NCBI RefSeq assembly: GCF_964355755.1
Contig: NC_092678.1
Coordinates: 17,279,881-17,343,880 of the forward strand
Reading direction: 5' to 3'
Length of the DNA: 64,000 bases
From: Antedon mediterranea
Lineage: Eukaryota; Animalia; Echinodermata
Shown here: positions 13,913 through 26,728 of the stretch, one piece after another
How the letters are laid out: every line of letters starts with the position of its first letter
Position numbering within the stretch: the first letter of the stretch is position 1
Notes under the pieces: model-generated
Told to the model about the DNA's origin: nothing
Seen by the model: the letters and a program-made list of their open reading frames with translations, nothing else
The model's database searches: none
Translations under genes and position numbers: made by a program

Positions 13913-14225
13913 TTTTTCAGTTCGATTCTTCCAGGATAGTATTGTTTTATTTATTTAATCTATAGAAGGTTTAAAATGTTGTTTAATAATTAATGTTAGA
14001 TGGTATGAGATAAAACAAGAGACAAACTGTACATAGTAACAGGAATGAAATTGAAGATGATTACCACTTTCTGTTAAAGTGTTAATACAACTTATTTTTA
14101 TCGTTTGATTTATTTTGCAAAATACACTAAATTAGGAAAAACATATTTTATGTTGTATCCGCTTTAATAATAAAGAAAAAGTCAAAGAATTTGTTATTTG
14201 TTAAAAAATGAGAATAAACACTTAC

Positions 14226-14297
14226 AGTGTAACCAATGATGTCAAGCCACCAAATGCATTTTCATGCAATGTAGTAATGTCGTTACCTCTTAAATCC
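14226..14297 (-). CDS. Gene A LRR exon 3 (DLRGNDITTLHENAFGGLTSLVTL)
   Basis: 72 bp, phase 2-2, canonical splice sites. Confidence 0.9.
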
Positions 14298-14479
14298 CTT
14301 CAAAATAAAAACATGAATACTTGGTAAAATAACAGTTCACGAGTTGGGAAAAATAGGTACAGTTTGGTTTGTAAGTCAGCGGACAAAATAGTGACCGTAA
14401 AATAATGTATCTGTATTGTACTGTTAGTGTGTATTACGTGACGTGTCAGTGAACATTGAAGAGGATTGATAATGGTACA

Positions 14480-15255
14480 AAAGTTAACATATTATTAAAA
14501 TTAAAATTCAACATTTATCAATCAAGTACGTAGAACAAAAAGATCGGAAGCCTAACTGGTCGGAACCTGTTCCGCCAGAGATGGATCCTGATCAAGTTCA
14601 AACTATCAAACACGTCACAGGAAGCGTGGAAAATGTGGAAGACGCGTCAAACTTCGAAGGAAAAAATTAAAACCTCCAATGCCATCTGTTATATTTGGTA
14701 ATGCTCACTCACTCAAAAACAAGTGAATTGGCTGCAAATGCCAGTATACCTGTTCGAATGCAGGGATAGTTGCCTTGTGGCGCTCACTGAAACTTGGCTG
14801 AATGAATCTTTATCGGATCATGGATCAAAAAATTGGACTTGTGACCTGCAATTATTAAAAGTTTCCCATCGTCCCTTTTACTTGCAAAGGGAATTCTCGC
14901 AAGTTCTAGTCATCATTATCTATAGGCCTATACACCCGAAAGCAGACTTCAAAGTAGCTTGCACTAAACTCGCTGAGGTAGATAGACACCTAAGCTGCAA
15001 ATTTCCAGATTCAATAAAGCTCTTACTAGGTGATTTCAACAAAGGATCCCATAAAGAGCTTTCAAAGGTAATTCCACACCTTCATCAATATGTAAACATT
15101 GCTACGAGAGAAGGCACTATACTTGATATTTGCTATGGATATATTTAAAATGCTTATACGGCAAAGAGATATCCAGGCATTGGGCGGTCAGATCACGAAA
15201 TGATACAGCATGATCCAAAGCTATAATTCACGAACTTAGGAAGCCTAAAAATGAA
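14480..15255 (+). mobile_element. Rex1/Babar-like endonuclease fragment (copy in a tandem unit)
   Basis: ORF 14723-15148: TETWL..HRPFYLQREF..LLGDFN..ATREGTILDICY. Confidence 0.75.
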
Positions 15256-15327
15256 TATGATACACGCACATATCTTTATGATATCCATTAGGCCTACATT
15301 AGGCCTGGGTTAACCCATTGTGGTGCT

Positions 15328-15540
15328 GTTTTTTTAGTCGCGTGGACTCAATAGTTCACTATGTCGGTCGGTCTGTCGATCTGTCGGTCTGTCTGTCGGT
15401 CCGGTATCACTATGCGTTTTATCGCTTTTCTGTACTTTTTGAACTGTTTTGATGTACAGAAAAGTTTTAAAGTACATTACTTTTTGAAAGTTCATTTTTT
15501 TCTGAGAGCACGCGACTTATGGCTGTTGGCCTTGTTTATT
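15328..15540 (+). mobile_element. HINE/DINE-1-like element (co-duplicated copy)
   Basis: Same sequence and same insertion site as 13698-13912. Confidence 0.65.
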
Positions 15541-15851
15541 TTTCAGTTCGATTCTTCCAGGATAGTATTGTTTTATTTATTTAATCTATAGAAGGTTTAA
15601 AATGTTGTTTAATAATTAATGTTAGATGGTATGAGATAAAACAAGAGACAAACTGTACATAGTAACAGGAATGAAATTGAAAATGATTACCACTTTCTGT
15701 TAATGTGTTAATACAACTTAAATTTATCGTTTGATTTATTTTGCAAAATACACTAAATTAGGAAAAACAGATTTTATGTTGTATCCGCTTTAATAATAAA
15801 GAAAAAGTCAAAGAATTTGTTATTTGTTAAAAAATGAGAATAAACACTTAC

Positions 15852-15923
15852 AGTGTAACCAATGATGTCAAACCATCAAATGCATTTTCATGCAATGTAG
15901 TAATGTTGTTACTACTTAAATCC
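15852..15923 (-). CDS. Gene A LRR exon 2 (DLSSNNITTLHENAFDGLTSLVTL)
   Basis: 72 bp, phase 2-2, canonical splice sites. Confidence 0.9.
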
Positions 15924-16099
15924 CTTCAAAATAAAAACATGAATACTTGGTAAAATTAACAGTTCACGAGTTGGGAAAAATAGTTGCATGTGTGTATGTC
16001 AGTGGATGAAATAGTGACTGTAAAATAATGTATCTGTATTGTACTGTTAGTGTGTACAGTATTACCTGTCAGTGAAAATTAAAGAGGGTCGATAATGGT

Positions 16100-16830
16100 A
16101 TAAACGTTAACATATTATTAAATTAAAATACAAAGTTTATCGATTGAGTACGTAGAACTAAAGATCCGAAGCCTAGTTGGTCGGAACCTGTTCCGCCAGA
16201 GATGGATCCTGATCAAGTTCAAACTATCAAACACGTCACAGGAAGCGTGGACAAAATGTGGAAGACGCGTCAAACTTCGAAGGAAAAAATTCAAACCTCC
16301 AATGCCAGCTGTTATTTTTGGTAATGCTCACTCACTCAAAAAAAAGTTTAGTGAATGGGCTGCAAATGCCAGTATACCTATTCGAATACAGGGACAGTAC
16401 TGAAACTTGGCTTAATAAATCTGTTTCGGATTATGGATCATATAATTGTTCTTGGAAGTTGCCCATCTTCCATTTTACTTGCAAAGGGAATTCTCGCATG
16501 TTCTAGTCACCATTATCTGTATACACAAGAAAGCAGACTTCAAAGTAGCTTGTGCTAAAGTCGCTGAGATAGATAGACACCTAAGCTGCAAATCTACAGA
16601 TTCAATAAAGTTGTTACTAGGTGATTTCCACAAAGGATCCCATAAAGAGCTTTCAAACGTAATTCCACACCTTCATCAACATGTAAACGTTGCTACGAGA
16701 AGGCAATATGGAAATGTTAAAAATGCTTATACAGCAAAGAGATGTCCAAGCATTGGGCGGTCAGATCACAAAATGATACAACATGATCCCAAGCTATAGT
16801 TTACGAACGAAGGAAGCCTCAAAATGAATT
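16100..16830 (+). mobile_element. Rex1/Babar-like endonuclease fragment (copy in a tandem unit)
   Basis: ORF 16446-16799: PFYLQREF..GDFH..NAYTAKRCPSIGRSDH. Confidence 0.75.
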
Positions 16831-18342
16831 ATGATACGCACATATCTTAGTGCCTTTAATTATGATATTCATTAGGCCTACATTGGCCTGGGTTTACTCA
16901 CTTTGAACTGTAGTGCTGTTTTTTTTTTATTCTTCAGTTCGATTCTTCCTGTATAGTATTGTTTTATTTATTTAATCTATAGAAGGTTTAACCATACGAA
17001 CGTTAGACTATTGTAAAAAAAAAATGTTCGATAAACTAAATCATTGGATTTTTGTCTAGATTTGGTGGTTTTTCTTAGGTTTACGAATTAATTTTTTCTT
17101 TGGTTAAGGGGGATTGATCGGCTGAATGGGTAATACTTTGTATGATTTAGCTTTGTAATTTATTTGTTATAGGTATAGTCTCTGGTCTATGTAGCAAGGG
17201 CAAATATTCCACCAAATTCAGACTCAACTCAACTGAAATTAAGCAAATATTTTTTAGGAATCAATGTTAGATGGCGTGAGATATAAAACGAGAAAATAAA
17301 CTATGTAAAATTTGTAACAGGAATGAAATTGAAGATGATTACCACTTTCTGTTAATGTGTTAATACAACTTATTTTTATCGTTTATTTATTTTGCAAAAT
17401 ACACTACATTAGGAAAAAACATATTTTATGTTGTATCCACTTTAATAATAAAGAATAATGTAAAATAGTGACCGTAAATAAATGTATTCTGTATTGTATT
17501 ACGTGTATTACTAGATGGTCGATAGCAATAAGAACGTTAAATTATTATTTAAAAAACAATGTAAAGTTTATTGACAGGTTGTAGATCATTGATTTGGTCG
17601 TTTATTTATGCTTACGAATTCATTTTTCCTTTGGTTAAAGGGGGTTGATCGGCTGATGTTAAGATGTTAATAATTCATATGATTTAGCTTTATAATTTAT
17701 TTGTTATAGGTAAAGTCTCTGAACCTTGTTGAAATGTAATCTGATGTTTGCTACAATAATTTTAGAATTACAGACAATCAATGGTGTAATGATTTATTTG
17801 CCGTCTATCACGTGAAAGTATTTCTCCTTCTCTGTGCCTAAGACAGAATGTGAAGGAAAACATCAGTATACATTTGCCAAAAAGTGATATAAACGTATAA
17901 AGAATACTCGATAAAAATACTTTATAATAATCTCATATAGCGCCGCTACATACTCGCACATTATTTGTTTAATAATTTAAGCAGATAGTGAAAGATACGA
18001 AGCGTTTTTTCTATAAAAGGATCGACGACTGTAACAATAACATCGGTGGATTTAAGAAAAACACTGAATACCTGTAATTCAATAAATTACAAACATTAAT
18101 ATAACTTAAAACTTAAAATCATCCACCAAAATACCTTTTTATCTGCTTTAACCATAACGAGTTAATCAAAGAAGTTGTTATTGTCCACAGCCATACCACC
18201 ATAACGCTTCACTTTGATTAATACACCCTAACGTACCGTCATTTTACAAGTAAGATTTAACAGTTAAATGTATAATTTCACAATTAACATGATTTATTTG
18301 AATTTTTACAAGTAAGAAAAAAAAATAAGAAAAAACACTTAC

Positions 18343-18414
18343 AATGTAACCAATGACGGCAAACCAACAAATGCATTTTCAGGCAATGTAGAAATGCCGT
18401 TAGTGCTTAAATCC
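18343..18414 (-). CDS. Gene A LRR exon 1 (DLSTNGISTLPENAFVGLPSLVTL)
   Basis: 72 bp, phase 2-2, canonical splice sites. Confidence 0.9.
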
Positions 18415-19712
18415 CTTCAAAATAAAAACAGTTGGTAAATAACAGTTCACGAGTTGAGGTTGTCTTCTTTGGGGAAAATAGTTACAGTTTTGTGTGTTTG
18501 TCAGTGGATGAAATAGTGACCGTAAGATAATTTATCTGTATTGTACTGTTATTGTATATTACGTGTCAGTGAAAATTAAAGAGGATCGATAACAGTACAA
18601 ACGTTATAATATTATTCAATTTAAAATGCAAAGTGTTTTCGATTGAGTACGTTAGGAATAGGTCGTCAATTTATATGATCGCTAAACACTACAGGAAAAA
18701 CGTTTCTTAAATGGAGAGATATATCAAACCTTTAATAAATCTTAAAGGCAATTGATCAATAATCAATTCCTATACCATAATCAGAAATTTAGCAGCAGCG
18801 TTAATAAAAGATAAACGTTTTCTCCAACAATTTTCAAGGAGAGTCAGCTAAAGTTAAGAATACTTTGTATGATTTAAGCTTTGTACAGTAAGTTATTTGT
18901 ATAGGTAGCCTCTATAAAAGAGAAAGATAGTGCATATCTGAACTCAAACCAACACAGCTGATTTAATCTGAAGGTATACAATAATTGAAGTATAACAAAA
19001 CAAATAAAGCGAGCAATTTATACAGAAAATCGATGTTATCTGTATAGCAAACAGTGCTCGATGAAAAGTTTGGCTAGCTCAACTAAAGATTAATAAAACA
19101 TCTCACACATTGATTCAATGACGTAAGCAAATACTTAACACTGACAAAAGGTAACATGATTTTTTTTAATTTATGAATAAACCAAGTACCAACATAATAT
19201 AGATATGTTTTCAAACAAATATTCCTTTTTACTTAATCTTTAAATAAACATTGTACAAAATACAGTTCGTTACTGTATATCAAATTGATGAACGTAGGAA
19301 GTCTCAACATTAATATGATTCGCACAACTTAGTGCCTTAAATTCTAATATTCATTACATTATGTGTAACTATATACTATGCTGGGTTTTGAATTGAGGTA
19401 TTTTCAGTTCGAGTCACCCACGATGGTATTGTTTTATTTATTGTTAGTGTCGATAGTGAGAGGCATTTTGGAAGCACATTGCTGCACATACCAATCAATA
19501 CGGAACTTACGTACGGAAACATTCTTAGTTAAATGTGTATGTTTTTGGGGATTATTCTTAATTAGGCCTACATTAAATAATCCTACTTTTCCATCGTATC
19601 ATTTTCATTTCTATAATTTGTACCAGTACACTCGTCTTTTATCATAATTCAGCCATTTATGTAGGCCTACAGATTTCACTTTGCACTAAACAGGTTTTTG
19701 GATGATACTTAC

Positions 19713-19848
19713 AAATATGTTATTGGTTGATGATTATTGTAGTTCCTTACTGATTCCTCCTCGGCTGTAGTAATATAATTCCGACAACTTAAGTAGCTAA
19801 ATGTACACTCGCATCCAGTTGGACATATCTGTGTTAAAAATAATTTTT
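19713..19848 (-). CDS. Gene A LRR N-terminal cap exon (EKLFLTQICPTGCECTFSYLSCRNY..PITYL)
   Basis: CPxxCxCx5C LRRNT pattern; ttttttttgtacag acceptor and gtaagt donor. Phase 1 to 2, which links the CUB exon to the LRR exons in frame. Confidence 0.8.
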
Positions 19849-21807
19849 CTGTACAAAAAAAATTGTGAAATTAGCTTTAGTAACTAGTTTAATTCAAATG
19901 GACAGTAAAACCCTAAATATAGCAATAGAAATGTATTAACTATGTTTATGATTTAACTATTAATGGTATGGTACTTTGCTCTTGAGTAGTATTGGAAGTT
20001 TTTTAAAGGTATAGGTGTATCTTTATTCTGGTATTTTTTCTTCAAAGATATCATAAACTCAGCATATCATTTTGATACACTAACTGTTGTACATCTGCAA
20101 TTTTCGATTCGAGGATTTGCCGCACACCGGCTAAATATTTAGTACAAAAAAAAATCTCTTGTTACTTCAAATGTCTCTCAATGTTTCCAATTAGGTCTGC
20201 CGGTGTAATTGGTATAGTCTACAACAACGTTCCGCAACCTTTTTTGACAGCGACCCCATGATCCTATTTTGTGAATTTTCGCGACCCAACATTGCGTATT
20301 TGATCTTACAGACCCCACTGTGGGGCCTGTGTCAAATCGAATTTTGTTAAATGACACCCTAGATGGCTGAAAATGGTACTCTCGCACATAAAAATCATGA
20401 TAGATGGCACCTCTAGTTAGCCGGAAATGACACTCTAATAATGGCGCGCTCGCAATTGGCAAAACGGTCGTAGCCTTTTTTTTCCGCCGGTAAACACATT
20501 TGCGTTCAATGCTAACGTCAAGGGGTTCTCCCGAACCATAACGATTTCTCCTGGCTAGGGCCTAAACAACATTGCTATGAGTGTAATTTGGGATGGACCT
20601 GTTTATATTGTTCTTTCTATTATTCTAATGTTCATTGTAAAAATTCCCACCGCCGGTACATCAAAGTTCGCAGTTTTTCAGTCAAGTTACACACTCCTTT
20701 GCAAAGTACAAACAAAATAGCGTCGTAAAACCAGTTGGTATGTTAATAAATCCACCTCCTAAAAGGGGATTCCTCACTTGTATATTAACAACGAACTATG
20801 CGTCAAAAGCGTCCATTGCCCCGTCGTCGATTCCCAATAATGTGTACGCTACGGACTCACTGCGCGTCAGTACCTGTTGATGTAAAATGTAATCAATGTT
20901 GTAGATTCTACAAAACTAAGAATATTTCACATATAGGCCTAGATCAGTGTATAATTGATAACAAATTTCAGTATCGGAGACAAATTCGCGACCCATATAA
21001 ATTTTTTTTTGCGACCCAAACATTGGGTCGCGACCCATATGTTGCTCCTTGTCTATCTTCTCCGGAGTATTGGTTATATAAAGTCGGAGACGTGGTGCAA
21101 TTATGTTTTGCAATTGAGGATACCAGAGTGATTCATGAATGTGTCGTTTGTAACAATATCGAATTTCTACCGGGATAAAGTAACTTTGCATTATAGTTAT
21201 TTGGAAACCTCATACCAGTACGTTTGTGAATGTCTTCCAATTTATCAATTGTTTTTGCAGAGGGTGCTTTAAGATTTTAGGTTGAACAGGGAGCGTTTGT
21301 TTGCCTAATTCTCTGTGTCTAATTATCAATCAAGTAAAGAGCATATACTAGATTATGATTAATTAATTAAATATTTTTATTAAAAAAAAAAAATTATTTA
21401 TTTTTTATATTATTCTTCATTTATCAGACTTATAATAGGCCATTTTTTAGTTTTAATAAAGTTAATCAATTCCATAGAAAAGACCGAAATAATAATGTTT
21501 CTACTTATAAAAGACAAAATAAACAGATTAATTTCAACACAACCTCATTGAACTGGCAGCGCAGCTAGTTTGACTATTTCTTTTTCAAGTAAATCCAATT
21601 GGTCAATGTGGATAACTCTTATGTGACATTAAAATGGCATATTCAACAAAATATTCAAAAACATTATTTTTTCAGGGGATAATATATCTTCAATTCTCAT
21701 TTTACTTATATTTTCAGGTTAGCCTAAAATGTGAATACTTTCTTGCACCAATTAAATTAAAAAATAATATATAAACTATTTTCTAAATTATGTTAACAAT
21801 CACTTAC

Positions 21808-22149
21808 CCTGTGGAACAATTACTGCTGTAACTGTTGCATTAAATCCTCTCTTTGTTACACTCTCATCAGTAGATAAAGAAATCCACATTGTGTTGTTGT
21901 TGGAAACTAGAGAATCAAATGCTGAACCTGTAAATCTAACTTTATATTCATTTCCTGAAAATGCTATATTCAAAAAATCAAATGCGTCCTCCAGTTGAAA
22001 GTCGTTGAATTCAATACGAATAACCAACTCCGGAGAGGTTGTAACCATCCATTTACACTTGAAATTGTTGTTGTAATCATTCGGATAATTAGGAGACCAA
22101 AATACATATGATGAGTTCTCAGATTCAAGATGAATATCCATGTTACATT
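21808..22149 (-). CDS. Gene A CUB domain exon
   Basis: C..WSPNYPNDYNNNFKCKW..IRIEFNDFQLE..DFL..SNNNTMWISLSTDESVTKRGFNA. 342 bp, phase 1-1, tttttgcag and gtaagt sites. Confidence 0.92.
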
Positions 22150-22387
22150 CTGCAAAAAGAGAAATAAGATAATAATAATACACGGATAAATGTATATAGG
22201 CCTACTGATACTATTGTATTAATAGAAAAATAGCGTGATTGATAATTTAGGTAATCACAATATTTTATATTTTCAAAATAACCTTAAAGGTAATATATCC
22301 GGATAATCCTATACTATCTAATTGTTATTGATGGTTTTAATATGATAGGCCTAATAATGATAATAATAATAATGATTATGATATGAT

Positions 22388-22724
<337 letters not shown>

Positions 22725-23045
22725 ATAGTTCATTCTTATAATAGTGCATATATTATCAAGCTCTCAATGCGCTGCACATTATTACCGCGGAAATTGTTTT
22801 GGATCATACACGTATAGAAACATACTCCCATTATTACTAGTTATTTTTACCCATCCATGTGTTTTTATAATATAGTTTTAACAACAATTATTGTCATTTA
22901 ATCAGGCCGTGCTATATAGTATAAAATAGGGTACACATAATACATAAAATTACATTAGATTACAAATGTACAAATAGTAATTAATCAGTAATTGCCACGG
23001 CCCAGTTATCCCATTTATAAAAGTGTGAATTTTATCAATTATTAC

Positions 23046-23171
23046 CTATTGATGAAAAATATTTGATTTCCGTGTATACTTTGGTAACTAAATCGAGTAA
23101 GTTTACTACCAGGTGTCCAGATTTAACTGTACAAGGAAAGTTAGCACCTACTCTTTCGCCAAAACCTAAAT
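23046..23171 (-). CDS. Possible extra phase 1-1 exon of gene A (LGFGERVGANFPCTVKSGHLVVNLLDLVTKVYTEIKYFSSI)
   Basis: 126 bp open frame between cag and gtaat. Weak polypyrimidine tract and no recognised domain. Confidence 0.3.
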
Positions 23172-23778
23172 CTGCACATGCGCCAAAGCTTGGTGTACCA
23201 GGTCAATACAATTTACCAATAACATAGCCTTCTTAACTTATGTAAAATTAAATAAACAACAATCGTCTGACTGAGTTCATGTTATTGATTAAACTCATAG
23301 TCAGACAATTTTTAGTATGTTATGTAGAAACGGAATCACGATTGATCAAGAGAGATAAACCATTTGTGTAAAATTGTAGCCAATTATAATTTCTAATGGA
23401 TTCTCAAATGTTATTGATTTAAAAAGACAATTAGTCGGGCAATTGTTGTTTATAATTATGTTCTACAGAATTAACCAGTTTTCTGTAGAAAAGAAATGAC
23501 GGTTGCTCAAGATAGAAATGATTGTGTAAAATTTCGGAGAATTAAATTTTTCAATCCACACATTATAAGTTTTAAAAAAAAAATCAGTCGGGCAATTGTT
23601 GTTTCTATGTTCTACAGTATTGACCAGTTTTCTGTAGAAAGAGAATCACGGTTGGGAATTGCTCAATATAAAAACGATTGTGTAAAATTGTGGAGAATTA
23701 CGACTTTCAATCAATTCTTATTTATATTTTTTTGATTTAAAAAGTAAAATAAGTTGAAGTACTTGAAAGCATACTCAC

Positions 23779-23839
23779 GACTAGAACAGCTTGAAAACGG
23801 TACAACAACCAACAACATGATAACGCTAAAGATAAACAT
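23779..23839 (-). CDS. Gene A first coding exon, signal peptide (MFIFSVIMLLVVVPFSSCSS)
   Basis: ATG, hydrophobic core and small residues, then a gtgagt donor in phase 1, compatible with the CUB exon. Confidence 0.75.
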
Positions 23840-24559
23840 CTTGTTACGTATTTCAGTACTGATTCGTTGACGATTTCCGCAATTCCGTAAGTTCACTCAC
23901 TCGTATCCGCGAATGAAACTTACCTCCGTGATTCTTTCCAACTTATAACACTTGTTTTTGGTGGTCTTCATTAAATTATGATATTGCTGTTAGACAATTT
24001 ACAACATTGATTAGATAAATTGTATCACCAGGCCTATACTAAATAAATTATGAGTTTGTTACTGATGTTGCATGTATTATGTTGTTCTACAATAATTTTA
24101 ACCTTTATAAGATTATACTAAGATCTGGTTGCGTTGTTCTTCGATCGTGTTGTTAAGTTTGTAAACGTTTAATTGAATTATCAGATATATCCTTTGATTA
24201 ATTATTTATTTGTTTACAAACCGTTGAGAGAAGACTGATACGAGTCCATCTGTTAAAGTCTTCATTTTGCCATTAGTTGTATACATAATGCATATATACA
24301 TAAACGTATTTCATCGTAATATTTATGTTTCAAAGAAGTAATAATTATTAAATCTTCTTATGTGCTTCAGATAAAATATTTATGTTTAACCAAAAGTAGT
24401 AAATGTTTGTTTCATTATCTTCATGTCAAACGCACACATAGTTTTTATTCATATTAGTGGAGTTGATGAATCAAATTATGTCAATACTAAAAATTAACTC
24501 CTTTGCTAACGTACTGTTAGATAAATTGTTGATAAATAAATCATGATAACAACCTCATT

Positions 24560-25072
24560 GTTTCTCAATTGAACGCAACGTATGAACGTAGACGCAACGC
24601 TAGCGAGTTGACCAATGACAAGCGACAGTTCGAATAATCCATCGCTTGTGATTGGTCAAATCCCTTATGTTGCGCTAAGCTTAGTTCTCACTTGGACGCA
24701 TCGTAAGAACGTAGACGCAACGCAAGCGAGCAGTTACCAATGACAAGCGACAGTTCGAATAATCCATCGCTTGTGATTGGTCAAATCCCTTACGTTGCGC
24801 TAAGCTTAGTTTTCACTTGGACGCATCGTAAGAACGTAGACGCAACGCAAGGAAGCAGTGACCAATGACAAGCGACAGTTCGAATAATCTATCGCTTGTG
24901 ATTGGTCAAATCCCTTACGTTGCGCTAAGCTTAGTTCTCACTTGGACACATCGTAAGAACGTAGACGCAACGCAAGGGAGCAGTGACCAAAGACAAGCGA
25001 CAGTTCGAATAATCTATCGCTTGTGATTGGTCAAATCCCTTACGTTGTGTGTCTAGTGAGAACGAAGTTTAA
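24560..25072. repeat. Tandem array of about four 125-bp units derived from a Harbinger-like MITE
   Basis: Unit starts at 24676, 24801 and 24926. Each has the hairpin ccaatgacaagcga..tcgcttgtgattgg. Related single copies at about 25268-25413 (inverted), 49900-50030 and 50135-50230. Confidence 0.85.
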
Positions 25073-26039
25073 AATATAGCGTAAAGCTTGGTTCCAACTT
25101 CATCAACAGACAGTTTACATTGTTTATGTTCAAGAAGCCAAAGAGGCTTGTCTTTGTAGTCTACAAAATGAAACATGAAACATGAAACATAAAACATAGA
25201 AAGACGCATTACAATTACAAAAAAATGACATTTTGAGACAGAAAAAGAAAAAATACAAAGTTAGATCAACGCAAGGACGTAACGCAACGCAACGTGATTT
25301 GACCAATCTCAAGCGATGGATTATTCCAACAGTCGAGTGTGATTGGTCAACTCGCGATCGCTTGCCTTGCGTCTACGTCCTTGCGCTGCGTCCTAGTGGG
25401 AACCGAGATTTAAGGCTGTGTTTCCCCCGCAGCGTAAAACAAATGATCAGTCAACCAAACAGATGATTAAAGCAAAAATAAAGTGCGCATGAACCGTCAT
25501 TACCGGACACAAGTGTCCAATCACAACGCAACAATGTGTATTTTATGTAAAAAAGTATCGCATTTATCCGAAATATCTGATTTTTCAGGAACTTTATCGG
25601 TTAATTTGTATCGATAAATATCTTATTTAATTTAATTATATCTTAATTATCTTATCCTATTTTTCCTATTTTGATATTTCAATGTAAATGTCATTGTATG
25701 CCTATTATTAACTGTAGTTTAGCGCGTCTTGTTTTTAATATCAAAACATCAACAATTGCAGGGAAGGACCATAGGTAAACCCGATTGTTTACATTTTATT
25801 TTCTGAATTATGTTATTCTGTATAAATATGTTTTAAATAAATGAAATAAAAACGTTTTAAAAGTTTATTCAATATTGCCGTTATGCGCCGCCAACAACAT
25901 TTATTATTTATTTTTAAAGAAAGTTTGTGATTTCTTGTCGACAATAGAGGGCCTCCCATATAAACTGTGATGGCGACGCCCATGAAACTAATAAAGGTCT
26001 TTCAGTTCGCCGAATGATTGTTGTAAATAAACAACAACA

Positions 26040-26210
26040 ATGTTTCGAGCTTTGTATGACTATCAAAGTAAAGATGGGAAGTCTATGAACTTTCAGAAAG
26101 GGCAACGGTTTACCTTGCTTGACAAAAGCAACGGTCATTGGTGGCAAGTTATGTCCGATCAGTCCGGTACGGTAGGATACGTACCGGCGAATTATGTCAC
26201 AAAAGATGAG
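26040..26210 (+). CDS. NCKIPSD: NCK-interacting protein with SH3 domain (SPIN90/WISH), exon 1, SH3 domain
   Basis: MFRALYDY..WW..GYVPANYV SH3 signature; gtaagg donor in phase 0. Confidence 0.92.
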
Positions 26211-26552
26211 GTAAGGACGGTCTGTTCTCGCGCAGTATGATGGATGGATGGAAGTGGGATGTGTTTGGCCTAGGCTAGCTAGCTAGCCTAGCTACTTGAA
26301 GATCTATAGGTCTAAAGAAATTGGCTATGAATCTAGACCAGGGAGAGAAGTGACTGCCCTGCTGCATCATAGCCTAGCTAGGCCTTCTTTCTCTATTTAT
26401 CAAACATTTAATCACATGGATGGAAATTGAAACACAGCATGCTTGCGATGTAGGGGAGGGCCTATCTAGGCCTAGGCGGCCAGGCTAGACGATCATGTAA
26501 AAACCGTAAAATATAACGAAAATGATTAGGCCTAGGCCTAGATCAGTGGTAG

Positions 26553-26695
26553 GTTTTTAGTTGCGTGGACGCGACTCTATAGTTCACTATGTCGGTTGTT
26601 CTGTCTGTCGGTCGGTCAGTTTGTCTGTCGGTATGTCTGCCGGTCCGGTATCACTATGCATTGTAGCACGCGACTTAATGACTTGGCCTTGTTTA
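26553..26695 (+). mobile_element. Short HINE/DINE-1-like element
   Basis: Same termini and microsatellite as 13698-13912. Confidence 0.6.
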
Positions 26696-26728
26696 TAAAA
26701 AAAGGATCCGGCACATCTTCTATAATCT

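Noticed and set aside
18690-19570. Additional LRR exons (LPLRFIKGLIYL-like and IIPKNI-like peptides; similar weak hits near 9183-9251, 54560-54620 and 60960-61030)
   Set aside because: Stops or missing splice sites and no 72/75-bp phase-2 structure. At best these are old decayed copies.
24560-25072. CRISPR-like array
   Set aside because: Whole units are repeated with no unique spacers, there are no cas genes, and the context is eukaryotic.
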